Positions 1 to 20,040 of a stretch of 64,000 nt of DNA are shown one piece after another. The position numbers were made by a program, and so were the translations under genes. Source of the stretch: Balanoglossus misakiensis (taxonomy: Eukaryota > Animalia > Hemichordata); contig CM082594.2 in NCBI GenBank assembly GCA_040954595.2, positions 6,466,740-6,530,739 on the forward strand, in the 5' to 3' direction. Numbering within the stretch: the stretch's first letter is position 1; every line of letters starts with the position of its first letter. Under the pieces are notes generated by a model that worked only from the letters and a program-made list of their open reading frames with translations, was not told the origin of the DNA and did no database searches.

Positions 1-383
1 TTTTCACTCTGATCACAAAGAGCCCTGCAGTTTCAAGGAGAAGTAAATACTTTTTCACAATTTCACATACGCAGTTTTTAAAGTGAGAAACAACTCATGA
101 TACTTGGAATTCATAATCTTGAATAGAAGACACTGACACTGACACTTCTTACCTGTCTGAACAAATTGTGCCAAAGCCGCTGCAATATTATTTGGAGAAC
201 TTATGCAAAGTATGTACACCATCATAAGTGGTTATCAATAGTGATAATAACCAAGTGAATACTGCTAAAGCCTAGGCAGTTAAAATGCCAACATAGCAAA
301 TGTCCAATAAATGTATAAATAAATATTATTTTTCTGGAAAAAAAACATCCTATAAATTTTTCTTTTGTCTCAAGCTACTTACT

Positions 384-597
384 TACGTGAGAACCATTTG
401 ATTTCTGGGGGAGGGATGGTGGACCTTTAGGGGAATTGGATGATGTGGAGGAAATACATTTCTTCTGCAATGCCTCGAGACAAAAGTAGGACTGGCAATA
501 GAAAAATAATTTGCAGTGGCTAAAAAAATGCTTGCTGACATCCCCAAATCCTCTACCCACCCACCCACCCTCCCAGAAATCAAATGGTTCTCCCTTA
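384..597. mobile_element. Non-autonomous TIR element (MITE), family 1
   Basis: The left end gagaaccatttgatttctggg and right end cccagaaatcaaatggttctccct are inverted repeats. TA flanks both ends. A related copy lies at 4645-4837. Confidence 0.7.
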
Positions 598-736
598 CTC
601 CCTGTGACCTAAGATGACCCTTGAACTGTATGTGATGATCGCATGCGGTGTGTCATGTGACTTGCAATTCCTTTGTTTTTATCCGACGATCGTGTCCAGG
701 GATCAACACATGCACCGGTCTCTTGTCTAGAACAAC

Positions 737-3267
<2,531 letters not shown>

Positions 3268-3763
3268 TAATGCAATGCAGTTTATGTACCTGTGTTTTAA
3301 AGTATCTGAAAAACAAAATTTGCCGACTTCTCTGATGGAAATAAATTTCTAAATGTACATACAATTAAATACACAATTCATATCTGGCATTATTTTAAAG
3401 TTAAATATTATTGAATGATGTTGGTTTATTTTAACATAAGCACAATAAACTTGAACATGAAGGGTCATGTTCGTTGTGAATTTCAAATATTCAATTGTTT
3501 CCCTCTTTTGGAAAAGAATGTGTTACTATGGAAAGGAAGCCTAACTTTTACCTGTTGTTTACATCTGTTATTGTCTGTGTGGATTTTGTACACTTGCCAG
3601 CTTTTGCAGGATAGTTTTTTCTAGGGATATCAGACAGTTGGTCGTCCCGATCGTTTAACCCACCCCCATTGCGTATGGACTGCCCCTTGTTATATTTCCC
3701 GAACATGACCTTTGACCCCAAATCCTTCTACATATACAGTGTGTTCATAACGTGTGTGTCGGT

Positions 3764-7376
<3,613 letters not shown>

Positions 7377-8781
7377 AAACTCTTGACATTAATGCTAATG
7401 TTTGAAAGAGGAGAGACAATAAACCCTGCTGAGAAATCCTATTTAGTACAATAAAGATGGAGTTCAATGCACTCCATGTGACATTTAATCTCAATTATGC
7501 ATCTGTGGATGGGGGGGGGGGGGGGGGGGGGGTACATACCGGTATATTAACCTGTGTGTTTTTGCTCTGTTACTGTTTGTCTATATTCTGTTTTATTCTA
7601 TTTTTTTCCTTGTAACTTTCAGCGTTGAGGGCTCTTTGGTTAGACGAACCAAGTGCTGAGGGTGCAATGGATCCTTGAAACATTGCCCTAAAATGAATCT
7701 AACTAATATGAACGGTATCAATATTGGGAGCAGGGCCATTTCATCAAACTTGTATTTGCAGTCCCCTTTGGTCAATGTCTTCTACACAAGCATATTTCAG
7801 TAAGTACATCTCGATTCGGTTTAGTAATCAGCACTCAGTTTTTATACACGCAATGTGCACTGCCCATTGCATGCATTGCGAATCTCGCACGCGCTATGTA
7901 GTTGCAATTGCTTGGTGGGCTGGGCTTGGTTTGGGTACGGGTGACGGCGCCCTCTGGAGAGGCAAGTGGAAACACACTTCGCCTGTGCCTCTCTGATGTG
8001 CATATAACATTCTGCTGTGGGTTTCCTGCGCATCTCGAAATGGCCACTTGCGTGAGATTGGAAATAATTATTTTTTCTGCTCACGGCTTTGGACACAGCG
8101 GCAAACGCTACTGATGTACACTAATGGGGCCGATTTGTCACGTGATTGAGTATTAAAGTAAAATCGCCAGGGGGATACCACATGGTATTAAAGGAGAAAA
8201 ACTACTGCGGGAACAGTAAAACTTTAAACGAAGACAAGAGAAATGTTATTTTTCGCTATGTTTATTGTGGTTCACTGTTTATATTCTAACATGTTAAAAC
8301 ACTTTTCGTGCGACTAGCTATAAGATCGCAAGGTTCAGAACCTCTAAATGCCGTCCATATAGATATACATGTACATGTATTGCCAATTGAAAGAAAAAAT
8401 CGATATAGAAATATATCGTGAAACCTGAATAATAAGAAAAGTAAATACTTTGAAGTAAAATATCAGGTAAATGTAAATTGTTTCCAGTTGATGTGTAAAT
8501 GAATGCTAAAATATTGGCGTTCTTTTCTTCCCAGAGTTGACATAGTTTAAAAAGAGAAAATTACTCTAATCACTCTCTGTGGAGAAGGTAGTCGATGATG
8601 GTAACACGTGCCGTCAGATTCGTCACGCTCATATTCTTACTGGTACAGGCTGGATGCTCTGACAAAAATGTCTGTCGATCGTTTGGTGGTGATAATGGAT
8701 GTAAACCTGAAGTGTACAAAAAGTGGCTGGGATATGAAGCTTTTGGATTAGTAGTTCCTTGTAAAAATGTCGGCGCGGTGT

Positions 8782-10630
8782 TTATGATGGCCACGCAATT
8801 TTACTGTTCTTCCGTTTGTTATTGATTCGTTCTGTCAACTCTGTTTGGCTGTCGTTCACTTGTTTATTTAGCAGCCGTGACAGCCTTTTGTTTTTTCTTA
8901 AAAGAAACCAGAAAATTACGACGCCAATCGGAATCACAGCCAGAAATGCCAGTAGCGGCAGGTATCTATCCTGCGAACTCCTACTGGCCGCCGCGTCACC
9001 GATACTAGCGGTCAGCGGCGGCCAACTGCGACTTGCGCCTCCTTGCGTCGGGCCGGTCGGTGCTTTTGTGTTTGTTGCTCCTGCAGTCAGTGTGATGTCT
9101 GCTGCAGCTACTGTGTTACCCGCGGCATTTCCATCTTCGGTGCCCGTCGGTTGAAGTCCAGTCGCATCGTTGGGCGAAGTTGGCGAATTAGCGGATGCAT
9201 CGGTCGTTGCTAACGGGCCTTGCGTAGTCTCTTCAAGATCGCCTAAAATGAAATCGACATTTTCTTGACTTTTTACTATGACTAGGCCAAAAGGAAACGT
9301 AAGAAATCGTATGTGATTGCGTTCTAACACTAGAAAATTTTCAGATGATATTGGATTGCGTGACATAAACTTGATCATAAATTTACGATTGACATAGTAT
9401 CGCGTAATCTCGCGCGATATAAGGAAGATGAAAACATCTGGCGTCGTGAAGGGTTGAACTAGGGTATACGTCGGGTTTCCGAAAACAATTGTTTGGCCCT
9501 TACCTGGTGCGAATACCATGATCTCTGCCAAATTGAAGAAGGATTTCCCGGTCTCTATCGTTGCAATGACGAATCGAGCCACAACGGGCGGGTCGCACTT
9601 TGCCGTTATTTCCTCCAAGATCACCGTGTTCTCGTCGATTGTGTTCCCGCACTGCACGTTGTTGGTGGCGTCCGTGTCGTTCCCCACAAAAATTCCCATA
9701 TTCAACCAACGCAAACCTTGCAGAAAGGGAACATAATATCCAAATCATTACTGTGTCTATCGGGCACAAGGCCCAGTCCGCGCATGTGTCTCAACACGGG
9801 ATAGATTGCCATAGTCACATATTCTGACACTAAAATCGGATGTAGGGTTGGCTCGATCTTAACCTTTCTGATTCTCCGCTGTTCTATTCTCGGGTGTCCG
9901 CCACACATCCGAGAACAGGACAGCCAAGAATCAGTAATGATCGAGCCATTGTAACCCTACATCTGAATTTAATCAGATCGACGAAACATGTGCGCGTAGT
10001 TCCAAACTTTCACATATGTTGCTTCGTATACAAACATTTTGGTCGGAGGTGGATAAGTTTTATTGCACAGTCACTGTGTTGTAAAAATAAGCAAAATGTA
10101 ACATGTGTCATACTCACGACAGTTATTACACGAGCCATAATCGGGCCTGTTGAAGACGTAAACGTAATAGACTGTTTGGAGGGATCCGAGATCAATCCGT
10201 AACCAAGGATTTCTTTCGAATTCGGTCAGAAAAAAGGTTGTTAGATCGCCGTCTACGCTTGAGGAACTACTCCCGCCTTGGTTGGAGCTGATCTCTGTGG
10301 CTTTATCAAGCGCCACGTTGTCCATGTCTGCAAAATGACACCAAGATAGATACTTAGGTAGATACATAGCTAGATACATAGCTAGATACATAGATACAGT
10401 TTAGTCTCCTGATGAGGGAGTCTAGTGACTCACGAAACAGCGTTGTAGAGATTTTACCGCCTTTCGTTTCTCCTACTACCCTTCTTTATACTCCGCTCTA
10501 CTCTTGTATTGAGCACTTTGTATCGGACCAGTCGAACCGCATACTTCGTATACATAGATGGATATATACGCACGCACACACACATACGCACACGCGCACA
10601 CACACACTCACACACACATACGCACACGCG

Positions 10631-10677
<47 letters not shown>

Positions 10678-13600
10678 GCACGCACTCACATACCTGTACA
10701 GATTGGCAAAGAATTCCATGTCGCTCCACTGACACACTCGACGTTAGGGTCAGCGTACATGGTATACCCATCGTTGCATGCATATGTTATGCTGTACTCC
10801 TGATAGACCGGTAGAGGTGGGTCGCCATCTGGTCGGTAGCCGTTGTCCGGGATACCGGGATCAGTAGAACACACTCCTGATGTTGACAAAATTAATTTTA
10901 AACATTATTCGATTCTCTCTCGTGATTCCCTGCCAACTGTGTTTCGTGTTTGGGTTACTTTTTTCGCTTTTGCGCAGTGTTTTGTCTAATCGCCCACAAA
11001 GTGAAAAACGCGAACTCCGCCAAAATTTGTACACCAAAATTGTGTCGTGGAACTATCTATGCGTAGCGTCCCCGGGTAGCGTCTACAAGAAATACGAAAC
11101 TACAACACAGGAATCCAAAGTAAACTTTAAAGGGGGACACTAACCTAGACCCAGGATTTCTATTTCTGTAAAGCCCAGCGCGCTGACCGTGTTTTCCAGC
11201 TGAACGCTAACGTATTGCCCGCGTATCTTCTGGCCGCACTGAAGCACTATAGGGTTGAACATTTCTGGCGTGGCTTGAACCTGCGCGCACTGGTCGTTGT
11301 TGGCGATCGTTTTGCTCATTCCAACTCTAACGACAGCTCCAATTAACCGTGTGCCTGAAATCCCAAGTAATATTCACAATCAACGATGCACCTTTCATCA
11401 TAAAATTTAACTTTATAAGTTACTTTCTGTACCGTCTGCACCAAATCTTGATGCTGTCGACGTATTCTCTTCGGCCTTGGAGAAACTTGTGATTTGACCA
11501 GAAATGATGCAACTTGCCAATTTTGTCAAATTTTGAACAAACCTCAATACATATTAGGGACGGTCGCCAAAATATTTATAGCTGACAAGTTGACGAAACT
11601 TACCGACTAAATGGCAGTCGTTGTCTGGTGATGAACAGTAAGCTGTATAAGACAAAAATATCAAAAAAATTAATTTTTTTCGTGATCAGGTACAGAATAT
11701 AAAAACTTGGTTTTATATGTCGTTATCGTACTAACAAAATGCCAGGATGTAAAGGTGATAGGGCCTGTACTCACGCGCTGTTGTGTACGTAATCAATACA
11801 ATCTCAATATCGTTTGGACCGCCGAGATCAATCCGCCACCACGGGTCTGTGTCGACGATTGTCAGAAAGTACTGGTCCACTATTCCGTTGATGGATTTGA
11901 TAGGTTTTGTCCAGGTGTAGGCTTTGGTGGTCGAAGCTATGTTCTTCCCCATCACGGCAACGTTTCGCAAATCTGTGAGAAAAGACGCCAGAAGTCTGTG
12001 AAAAGACGCCACCATCACCACCACCACAGCAAAGAACTTAAAGAAATAACAAAGAATTTCAAATCGAAGAATTGTATTTTATATCCATCTAATAATTTCT
12101 CCGTCTGGTCATTCTTTTCTTCTTGGCATGGGTGTGTGTATATATACCAACCACCCGTCCATATCGGGCGACAAGAACCACTGTAATAGGCCTACATAAT
12201 ATTTCTCTGATCTGCTTACGTGTACACAGTGGCAGATCGTTGTCCCAGTCGCTCCCGTCGCAAATTATCGCCGCGCTGCCGAAAAGTTCATGTCCCACCG
12301 CTATGCAGTCGAACGTTAGACTTGTGCCAGACGGGACAGGGAATACGGGACTGCTGGGGTCGGCGAGGTAACCATCGCTTGGCACGCCCGGGTCTGTACA
12401 TTGAGCTGAAATCATATGAAAGTATTGTATTGAAGGAAACGTGCGTGTACATGTATGCATCATATCGATACCACAATATTTACTCGCTGTTTAGGAGTAG
12501 CCTGCGATTGACGGACACAAACGAGTCGGCCAAAAACCGTCCAAGTCCCGGTCTTCTGCTGAAACAAAACGAAAAACCTCGGAGCATACTCGTCAAGCCC
12601 CAGGGGCGATTTGAAAAAAAATCCCGACAGCAGGGGGATAGTCACCATGAATGCGAACGAAAATATATTTCATAGATTGGAAAATAATCAAATCGCCAAA
12701 TTCGTTATATTTTTTGTTTCCAATAGCGTGTTTCCATACCATCAAGTTATGCCCTTTCTCTCAGAGTAACTGTATGTCGATAATGTTATTGAACGTGCGT
12801 GAAACGTCTCAGCTAAAGTAGTGAATGGTGATTAGCGCCATTTTATTCGTGCATTTTCTGTCGAATTTCTTTAATATGTCCAATCTGTGCTGTCACTCAG
12901 TGAGTTGACTGCGCCATGGTAATTAATCCAAATAAATGCCCGCAATTCTGACCGCGCCCCCGGGGGGAAACTGAGAATTGGCGGTAATTTCAGGCTCAAC
13001 ACACGAGAGCGATTTTCCGTCGCGGTGGTTCCCGACATAACCCGCTGTCACGGCGTTGTCATCAGCGGGCACACAGCAACGACAAAATAAGAGATTCGCA
13101 CTTGACAGCGCCCGATCTAGGCAACGCATGGCCACGCCAAATAGACACTTCAAGTCCGAGCACGGCCATCAAAAGGTGAATGAAACTCAATACTTGGGCG
13201 GGAGATTCGGAAACACACAGCAGAAAAGACTGTTTGTCAACACCACTAAGGTAGAAAAAATGCTGACCGCGGACAATGCCGTTTTCCCCCCATGAATCAG
13301 ATTTTCTGCGGCTTTTGTACGGGTTGACTGTGAGTTCTTTTTAAACATCTTGATGAAGATAAAACATTTCGAGTCGATCCTCTCCCAAATCTCTATGCGC
13401 TGACAAAGGCTCGTTGGATCCAGTTTCACGCGAAGCGATTCGGATGGTTCTCAGATCCGTGTAACTTTATATACTGCTCAAGTGGTTTGTTTTGAGAGAA
13501 AATTTGTTCTTTTCTATGCATTTGCTCGGTAATCCGCGTGGATAATCCCCGTATGTAAGCGTAGGGGCCGAAAGTGTACGCGAAGAATTGCTTGGTTTCT

Positions 13601-15052
13601 GTTTATAGTATCTGTTGCCACGGCCCCTTTTCATCGGGGCGAATTTCCCACATCATCGTGGCCCATTTAGAGATCATCTTGTTCAATAGAGCTTTCTAGA
13701 AATGCCAAAATCTGCTGATCAGAACCAGCTGCAACTCCCCACAAAATGAGAACTTATCACTGATGGCAAAGTCGCTTTCTTTTGACATTATGCCGACATA
13801 TTTTTCGTACAAAATTTCTTTTTCTGCTTTCTGAGCCTTTGCTCTGTGTCCTATTTATTTATTGAAATAGGTGATGGGTGGTATAATAATAACAGTATAT
13901 AGCGACATTTCTATATTCTGGAGTCAAAAGGGCATTTTTTACTCATTCTAGACCTCCAAAGAAACTGATTCTGCCAGGGACTTATAAAGTTACCGGTGTC
14001 GGACAATAAGGCTCAACCCATTACTCAACATATCTGCTTTTTTGAAAATATACGCGGTGTTGCACATGAGCTCCCCCCCCCCCCACGAAAAATATTTATA
14101 GCTTTCAAATTAAACGGCGGAAGAAGCGTCATCATTGGCGGCGTTCAAGCAGTCACAGCCGATAAATGTTAGCGTCGATATGAATCAAAATAACTCGACT
14201 TAGACTGGCAGTGGCGCGTAAAATAACACGAGTCAGAGGAAATTGGGAAAATTTGAGCACCTGATACTTCGACTTTGACGGGTAAATATCTAATGAGCGA
14301 CATATTAAAATTAAATTATTTTCTGGGCACCTGATAGAATTTTGATTTCGTGCCATTATGCATCGTGAATTCTAAATTTAAAGCACTAAACTTTTCTCAA
14401 AATACAAAAGCCAAAGTATATTTTCCAAGGCAACGTCAAATCTGTCGATATGACTATTGACAGGCGTCAAGTTCCTTCAACTTATTCGACAGAGTGAACT
14501 TCAATTTGTTAACCATCCCAATCAACCTAAAACCGAGAGTAAAAAAGTTGTAACCGGTCGCCTTTCTGGGATTTCTTGCGTCTTCACTTGTAGTTGAAAC
14601 ATGTTGCGCCACTCAGAGACCTGACCGTACGTACGTCGACGGGCGCATGCAGGCGACAATAGGGGTACCAAAGCGTAGCTAAAAACATGTTTACCACTGT
14701 CGTCCGCATCCGAATTTGTGTTGGTCGAAGCAAAAGCAACAACGCGCGTCACGAGCGACGGGTTATTTGCGCCCAGTGAAGTATATTGAACGTTTCACAA
14801 TCCCGTATATATAGAGGTGAACAGTACATGTACTATAAATATAGTAGTTCAAACACAACAGGCAAAAATATGTGAAACCACCACTAATATATAACGCATA
14901 ATCTCTTTCTGGGACACTATATTTTACGGTCAATAAGTCATTAGACATAACGGATGTGAATTCGAGAAAAAAAACTCACCTGCTACATTGCTGTTCAGAT
15001 ATGAAGCCGTCAAGAACACCACGTAAACCAGAAATAGTAGAGGTAACTTCAT
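8782..15052 (-). CDS. Type-I membrane protein A: signal peptide-CCP-FTP-CCP-FTP-Thr/Ala stalk-TM-short tail
   Basis: Exons 15052-14980 ([24 protein letters not shown]), 12405-12220 (CCP), 11972-11775 plus 11354-11145 ([11 protein letters not shown]), 10876-10694 (CCP), 10327-10118 plus 9716-9504 (FTP, NVALDK...PWLRIDLG...NRPD) and 9242-8782 (stalk, [24 protein letters not shown]). All introns are phase 1 and GT-AG. Confidence 0.85.
10346..10397. repeat. Short tandem repeat (TAGATACATAGC-like units)
   Basis: Directly visible tandem units in an intron. Confidence 0.7.
10567..10690. repeat. (CA)n/(CG)n compound microsatellite
   Basis: Directly visible. It explains the spurious HT/CV-rich ORFs at this position. 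Confidence 0.95.
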
Positions 15053-17130
15053 TTTAACCCGACGATTGTTTCGTTACCTGTAGATAGGGATGAAAATAGT
15101 ACAGTGAGCTGTCAGTGTACGATATACCCGACTTCCATTTTATATTAGAGCCAATTATTTTCGTTGAGGTTGAAGTTTTGTGTGCCTGTCGCTTCTCGAA
15201 CTTGCTGGATTGTCCTTACTTCAGGACACTGCTTCCAGCCTATACGTTCAAACAAGCCAGCTCCGCGTCCTTTCTTCAATGTCTTTGCTGGAGTAATACG
15301 CTCGAAGGGTTACAACAATGTGGGAATCACGAAGACGTGAAAAGGCACTCTAGCGGAAACCGCTGCTATAACGCAGCACTACTATCCGCAGTAATATTTG
15401 AGTTCTACCTGTAAGGCGGCTGTTCGACTTAGAGTATCCCACAGCCGAGGGCCGAGTTCGGATAGTCTTGTCTATCGGTTAGTTCGTCCGCTTTTCGGGA
15501 TTTTCTTTCTCCAACCGGAGTTACACACCACAGTGGAACTTTTCGAAATTCGTACTCCTGGTTGTTTGGTTCCCGTTACCACAACTCCAAGCCTGATAAT
15601 ATATGAAAGGATGATATGTCTGGCGCTCCGATCTCGACAGAACCGCTCGAGCTCAGGCAGAGAATGCGAGGTTCATCGCTGAACGACAGCGTGGTTGTAA
15701 ACGAAGGACCATTTGCGGAGAGCCAATCAGACTGCTCGCAGGGCGGATAATAATGGGCGACACTTCTCCGTCAGTACCGTCAATACCTTTACACTTGTCC
15801 GTCGAGCTGTCTACGAACGCAGTATATAGTCCGCAACAACAACGCAACGCCGAATTTATTAAGTCCGGTGATGAGTGACCGCGTGTTCTCGTTAAAAGGG
15901 GGATCCAGAGTTTCGAGAAGACCGCTTAAGTCAACACGTTTTGTGTCATTCCATCGCCATGACAACAAATCGCATTTAAATACTGGGCAGCCACTGCGCT
16001 TCAGAGATTCGCCGTGACATCTTCCGGCCCACTTGGCCGGTTAATGGTGATCCCACAAGTGACAACGACCGTTCTCACCGAGATATGACTCCCGCTCAGA
16101 TTCGGAGTCACTTGCGAAGACATTCTAGACCCGTGAGATCTGACTAGATGATCTTGAAGACTATTTCACCATCGTCCCCCTTTCCCCCGCAATTAGCATT
16201 TCCCACAACCCGATGTGACCCCCCTTCTCTACTCAAGAGTCTCATGCACCTGCCACTTTTTTCTGTGATAAATCTGCCCGATTAACGACTTGAATTTTAG
16301 AAATATACGTCAATTTTATGTTTTCCTGTTTCTCGTGCTTGACGATCGCGATATCTCTGTCACCTGTCGATTCGCTGTCTGTTACGTGCTCAAATACGTC
16401 TGGCCTGGCGTGCCTGCTTGACTGTCTGTTCGTCAATTATTACAAGTATGCATGTATATTGACGAATGTAAAACTACGTTATCTTTACCTTAGCTTTATT
16501 ATTACGTATACACATTTCTCCATGTCGGTATTAGCACGCCCATAAAGAACAGTAGATGTCGCTTCCCATCTAGCACATCATATATGGTCTATGCTATAAC
16601 TTGCAACACACGCACACCATAACTTGCGCACCGTTTCACTCAATAGTGAAACCGAACTCTTGTTATCGAAAGTTTCGTCATTGGCAGTGAAACGTAAAGT
16701 GAGCGCATTTTACAGCATTCACAAACGAGTAAAATCTCGTTTTAATTAACTTTCACGGTTACTGACAGGTTATTGTTAATATCCTGACATAACGGTCAGT
16801 TGTCCGTCCGTGTTGTATTGCATATTGCTGTGCGAGGCGCTGGGCGTAACCCCTTCACCTATTGTCCGAGGATCTGCCCCATATTGCGACATTTCGTGTT
16901 AATAATCTGAAAAGGCGTTTTATTATTTTCATTATTCGTGATTAGCGTCAACTAATCTATTTGTATTTTCCCTTCATCACACTGAATGTAGTTAGTGGCC
17001 CGCGAAGAATCCGCCGGATGATTTCGATTGTAGCGTCTGTCGCCACGTTACTCCAGCGATTTCTTGATATCTCGAATAACAAATAAACTGCTTTACTTTA
17101 GTCAGTAGGGCGCGATTAAGACTGTCACTC

Positions 17131-17161
17131 GGAGAGAGAGAGAAGGGGAGAGAGAGAGAGA
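17131..17161. repeat. (GA)n microsatellite
   Basis: Directly visible. Confidence 0.8.
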
Positions 17162-20040
17162 CTAGACTCCGCGATTACAGTTAGAAATAAAAAGTAAAAG
17201 GCAAATATATTTTCGCCAAACAGTACTGAAAGGTATAAAATCGCCCAGCTTTGACAGAATTATGCTTATTTTAGTTCCTATACCAGGAAATAGTATATAA
17301 ATACGTCCACCATTTAATTTTTGTTCTGCTCAAATTTTGAAAGTTACATTTAGTACGTATTCATTCAATGAGCAGAACGGAATAAACATTCTATGAAAAG
17401 AAACAAAAACAACTAAAAGTACATGTAATGCCAAAAGTGAGTGACTTTGTCCCTTTACTGAAACACTGACGAATTTAGCCATTAGCCTCAATTTACAAAG
17501 ACCATGTTGTAAAGTTCGGTCACAAGCCAGCCTCTTTCCTAAAAGTCGTTTTATTATTGTTAATGGTGGTCGTATCAAGAGTCTATTAATAGCTACACAA
17601 GTGTATGTTAAAAGTACCTGAAATCGCGCGCAGTTGCCAAGTCAACGGAAGACGGCTCATAAGGAGGGGCAATTGTCGCCACATACCAACGGCGCCTGTG
17701 ATTGTGCGCCTATGCAACACCTAATGTTGTTTTCTTAGCTTTTTTATTGTATTGTTACATTGTGTGCGTGCAACTGACATTCGGGATCTGGGGACAAAGA
17801 TTCTTATACGTGTTTATTCTTAGTTTTTGGTGAAGAACTCTTAGCAGCACATGGATCTGCGCGTATATCGGGGCGTCACGCTCGGACTGGCGTCGAGGGC
17901 TTCCATCATAAGCCTTGCCTCCCCGTTGGAGTTCGAGTGGAGGGGTGATCTTTGATTCGCCTCCTAACCCCCGCACGCCGTGCATTAATCATAGTTTTGA
18001 CACCCGGTGTTATTTCTGTAGTGTGGACGACCTTATCGGACCGGCCACGATAGGTCCATGTCCTATAAAACCATTGGGCATTACCCTCGTACCCCCGCAC
18101 CCCGGGGGTGCGACATGCTGAGGTTTCATTGGTCCAGAATTGTTTTAGTCGAAACTCATTTCCCGTTGCGCACATATAGTGCCTATGACATTTTGTGACG
18201 TTTTCTATAGCAAACGACAATTTAAAGACGAGATGAACGACTTTACGCAGGGCGAAATGCAGACAGTATATACGCATGGCCGCGCAATACAAAAGACCTT
18301 GTACCCTCGTATTATTGAAGTAGTGTGTCGTTGATAAGAAATTTAGTCACCAGATTAGCCACACTTTCATTGGAACACAAATGCGCCATAGAGCAGCCAT
18401 TTTGTGTCGGCCATGACGGTACATGTGAACTTCAATGCCGTATCCGCCTCGTTTTCTTGTCACTAAATTGCACCGTCTTGCGTCCAATTAGTAATTTCCT
18501 CGCACAATATACCCTACGCCACAGTGCTGTCAATTGGTTCTGTCAAAGGCACATTTTCCGGCCGCTGAGCCCCTTGTTGTTGCCTTTGCAGAAAGTACAA
18601 GATGTGTTTTTAATCAAGCTGTTCGCAAAAGGGAAACGTTGATCCGAAGTAGGTCGGTTTTGTACTCGCTTCACTTCTCCCCAACCGCTACTCTTATACA
18701 CCTTCAAGGTTCGGGGTTTTGTTGGGTTTTGCGGTTGACTCGGTGTGCTGTGGTCCCCGCTATCGAAACGGAACATCTCCCGAAATAAATATATGCTCCA
18801 ATGTGTTATAATATGGAGATAGGACATATTGGGAGTCGGATAATGATTTTGGGGGAATATAGAACAATCCCAAATAATTTAGTGTCAATCACGGTCCCTC
18901 CGTCAATACGGGGACTCTTCGCGCGACACTGCACATGCAAAACCTCTACAGTCCTGGCATTTATTGCAAAGAATTGTAATCTCGGTATTTTAAAGTGACG
19001 ACATCGCACGCCCATAATTATTGAGAAAGGTGACGCACTATGAACGAGTCGTGTCGTAGCAGATCAGTATAACTGACAACATTTTTAAGTGGTTAAACGC
19101 ATCAAGACAGCAATACAAAGGTTATTTCGACGGCCCGGCTCTCCAAAATGCAGCGCCTGATTACTATCTCCGGGGCGCGTGCATATAGGCTCATCGAGAA
19201 TTCTTCCTCCCTCTGCCATTTTTTATTCTTAAGATGAAATTCCTCGATCCGAGAGACATCTGAGAAGAACTGCGCAATTCGTTGCAGGGGGTCGCTGTAA
19301 GTGTCCGCGGTGACAGATCGTCTGTCAGAGTGAAGATGCGCGCGCACGTGCGGGCAAGTGGTATTGGCGTCAAAAAGCATACCCGTTCTCTAAAATTCAA
19401 GTTTATGGTTTAGTCGTTATCTGTGTAACCTAACGCGAAACCGCAACCGATGAAAACTCAAATACAACGTGTTTTTATTTCGCTCTTACATGTATATAAA
19501 CTGGAATGTAGAACGACTTGAAATTGTAGGCCTAAATCAGAGCTGCCATTCAAAGTACACCAAGTATGGCAAGTCGGATTTTTGGGCAATTTCGTAACTG
19601 CACTTGCATTATTTGAATACAATGCTGCTAAATTGTGGCACTTGACCATAACCCGCTCCTTTCATCCGAAATCCCGCCGTTCATTGAAATCCATTCCCGT
19701 TACTATGACGTTTAATCGTGATCATGGCGTTCTGAAATCCCACCCTTTTTTGCGTCAGTGTTGTTAAGGTTCCAGTTGGTTGGCTTAATATGCGGTTCAA
19801 GTGTACATGTTCCGCCTCTGAGGAATTCATGGTACAATGACTTCATCACCACTGACAAGTGAATAGATCAAGTCCCGGTGCCACAATGCAATGTACAATC
19901 TTTCCAACGTCATCACCGTTATTCGCATGTACTGAAAATTCACCACAGCAGTATTACAGTACAACATACTGAAAATCAACCTTGACAGGTTACTGACTCG
20001 GCAGTCCCTACACTGAGGCAGATCGCAGTCATTCTCATGC

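Noticed and set aside
148-275. Minus-strand exon-like segment with a good donor site
   Set aside because: All frames contain stops. It may be a non-coding exon, but this cannot be supported.
7624-7800. Exon-like segment containing TGC TGA GGG TGC (possible C-U-G-C selenoprotein motif)
   Set aside because: All frames contain stops, and I found no partner exons, recognisable selenoprotein similarity or SECIS.
10412-10814. His/Thr- and Cys/Val-rich ORFs
   Set aside because: These are translations of a (CA)n microsatellite in an intron.
15100-20000. Numerous short ORFs between receptor genes A and B
   Set aside because: They have no recognisable domains or consistent splice chain, so the region was treated as intergenic or UTR.
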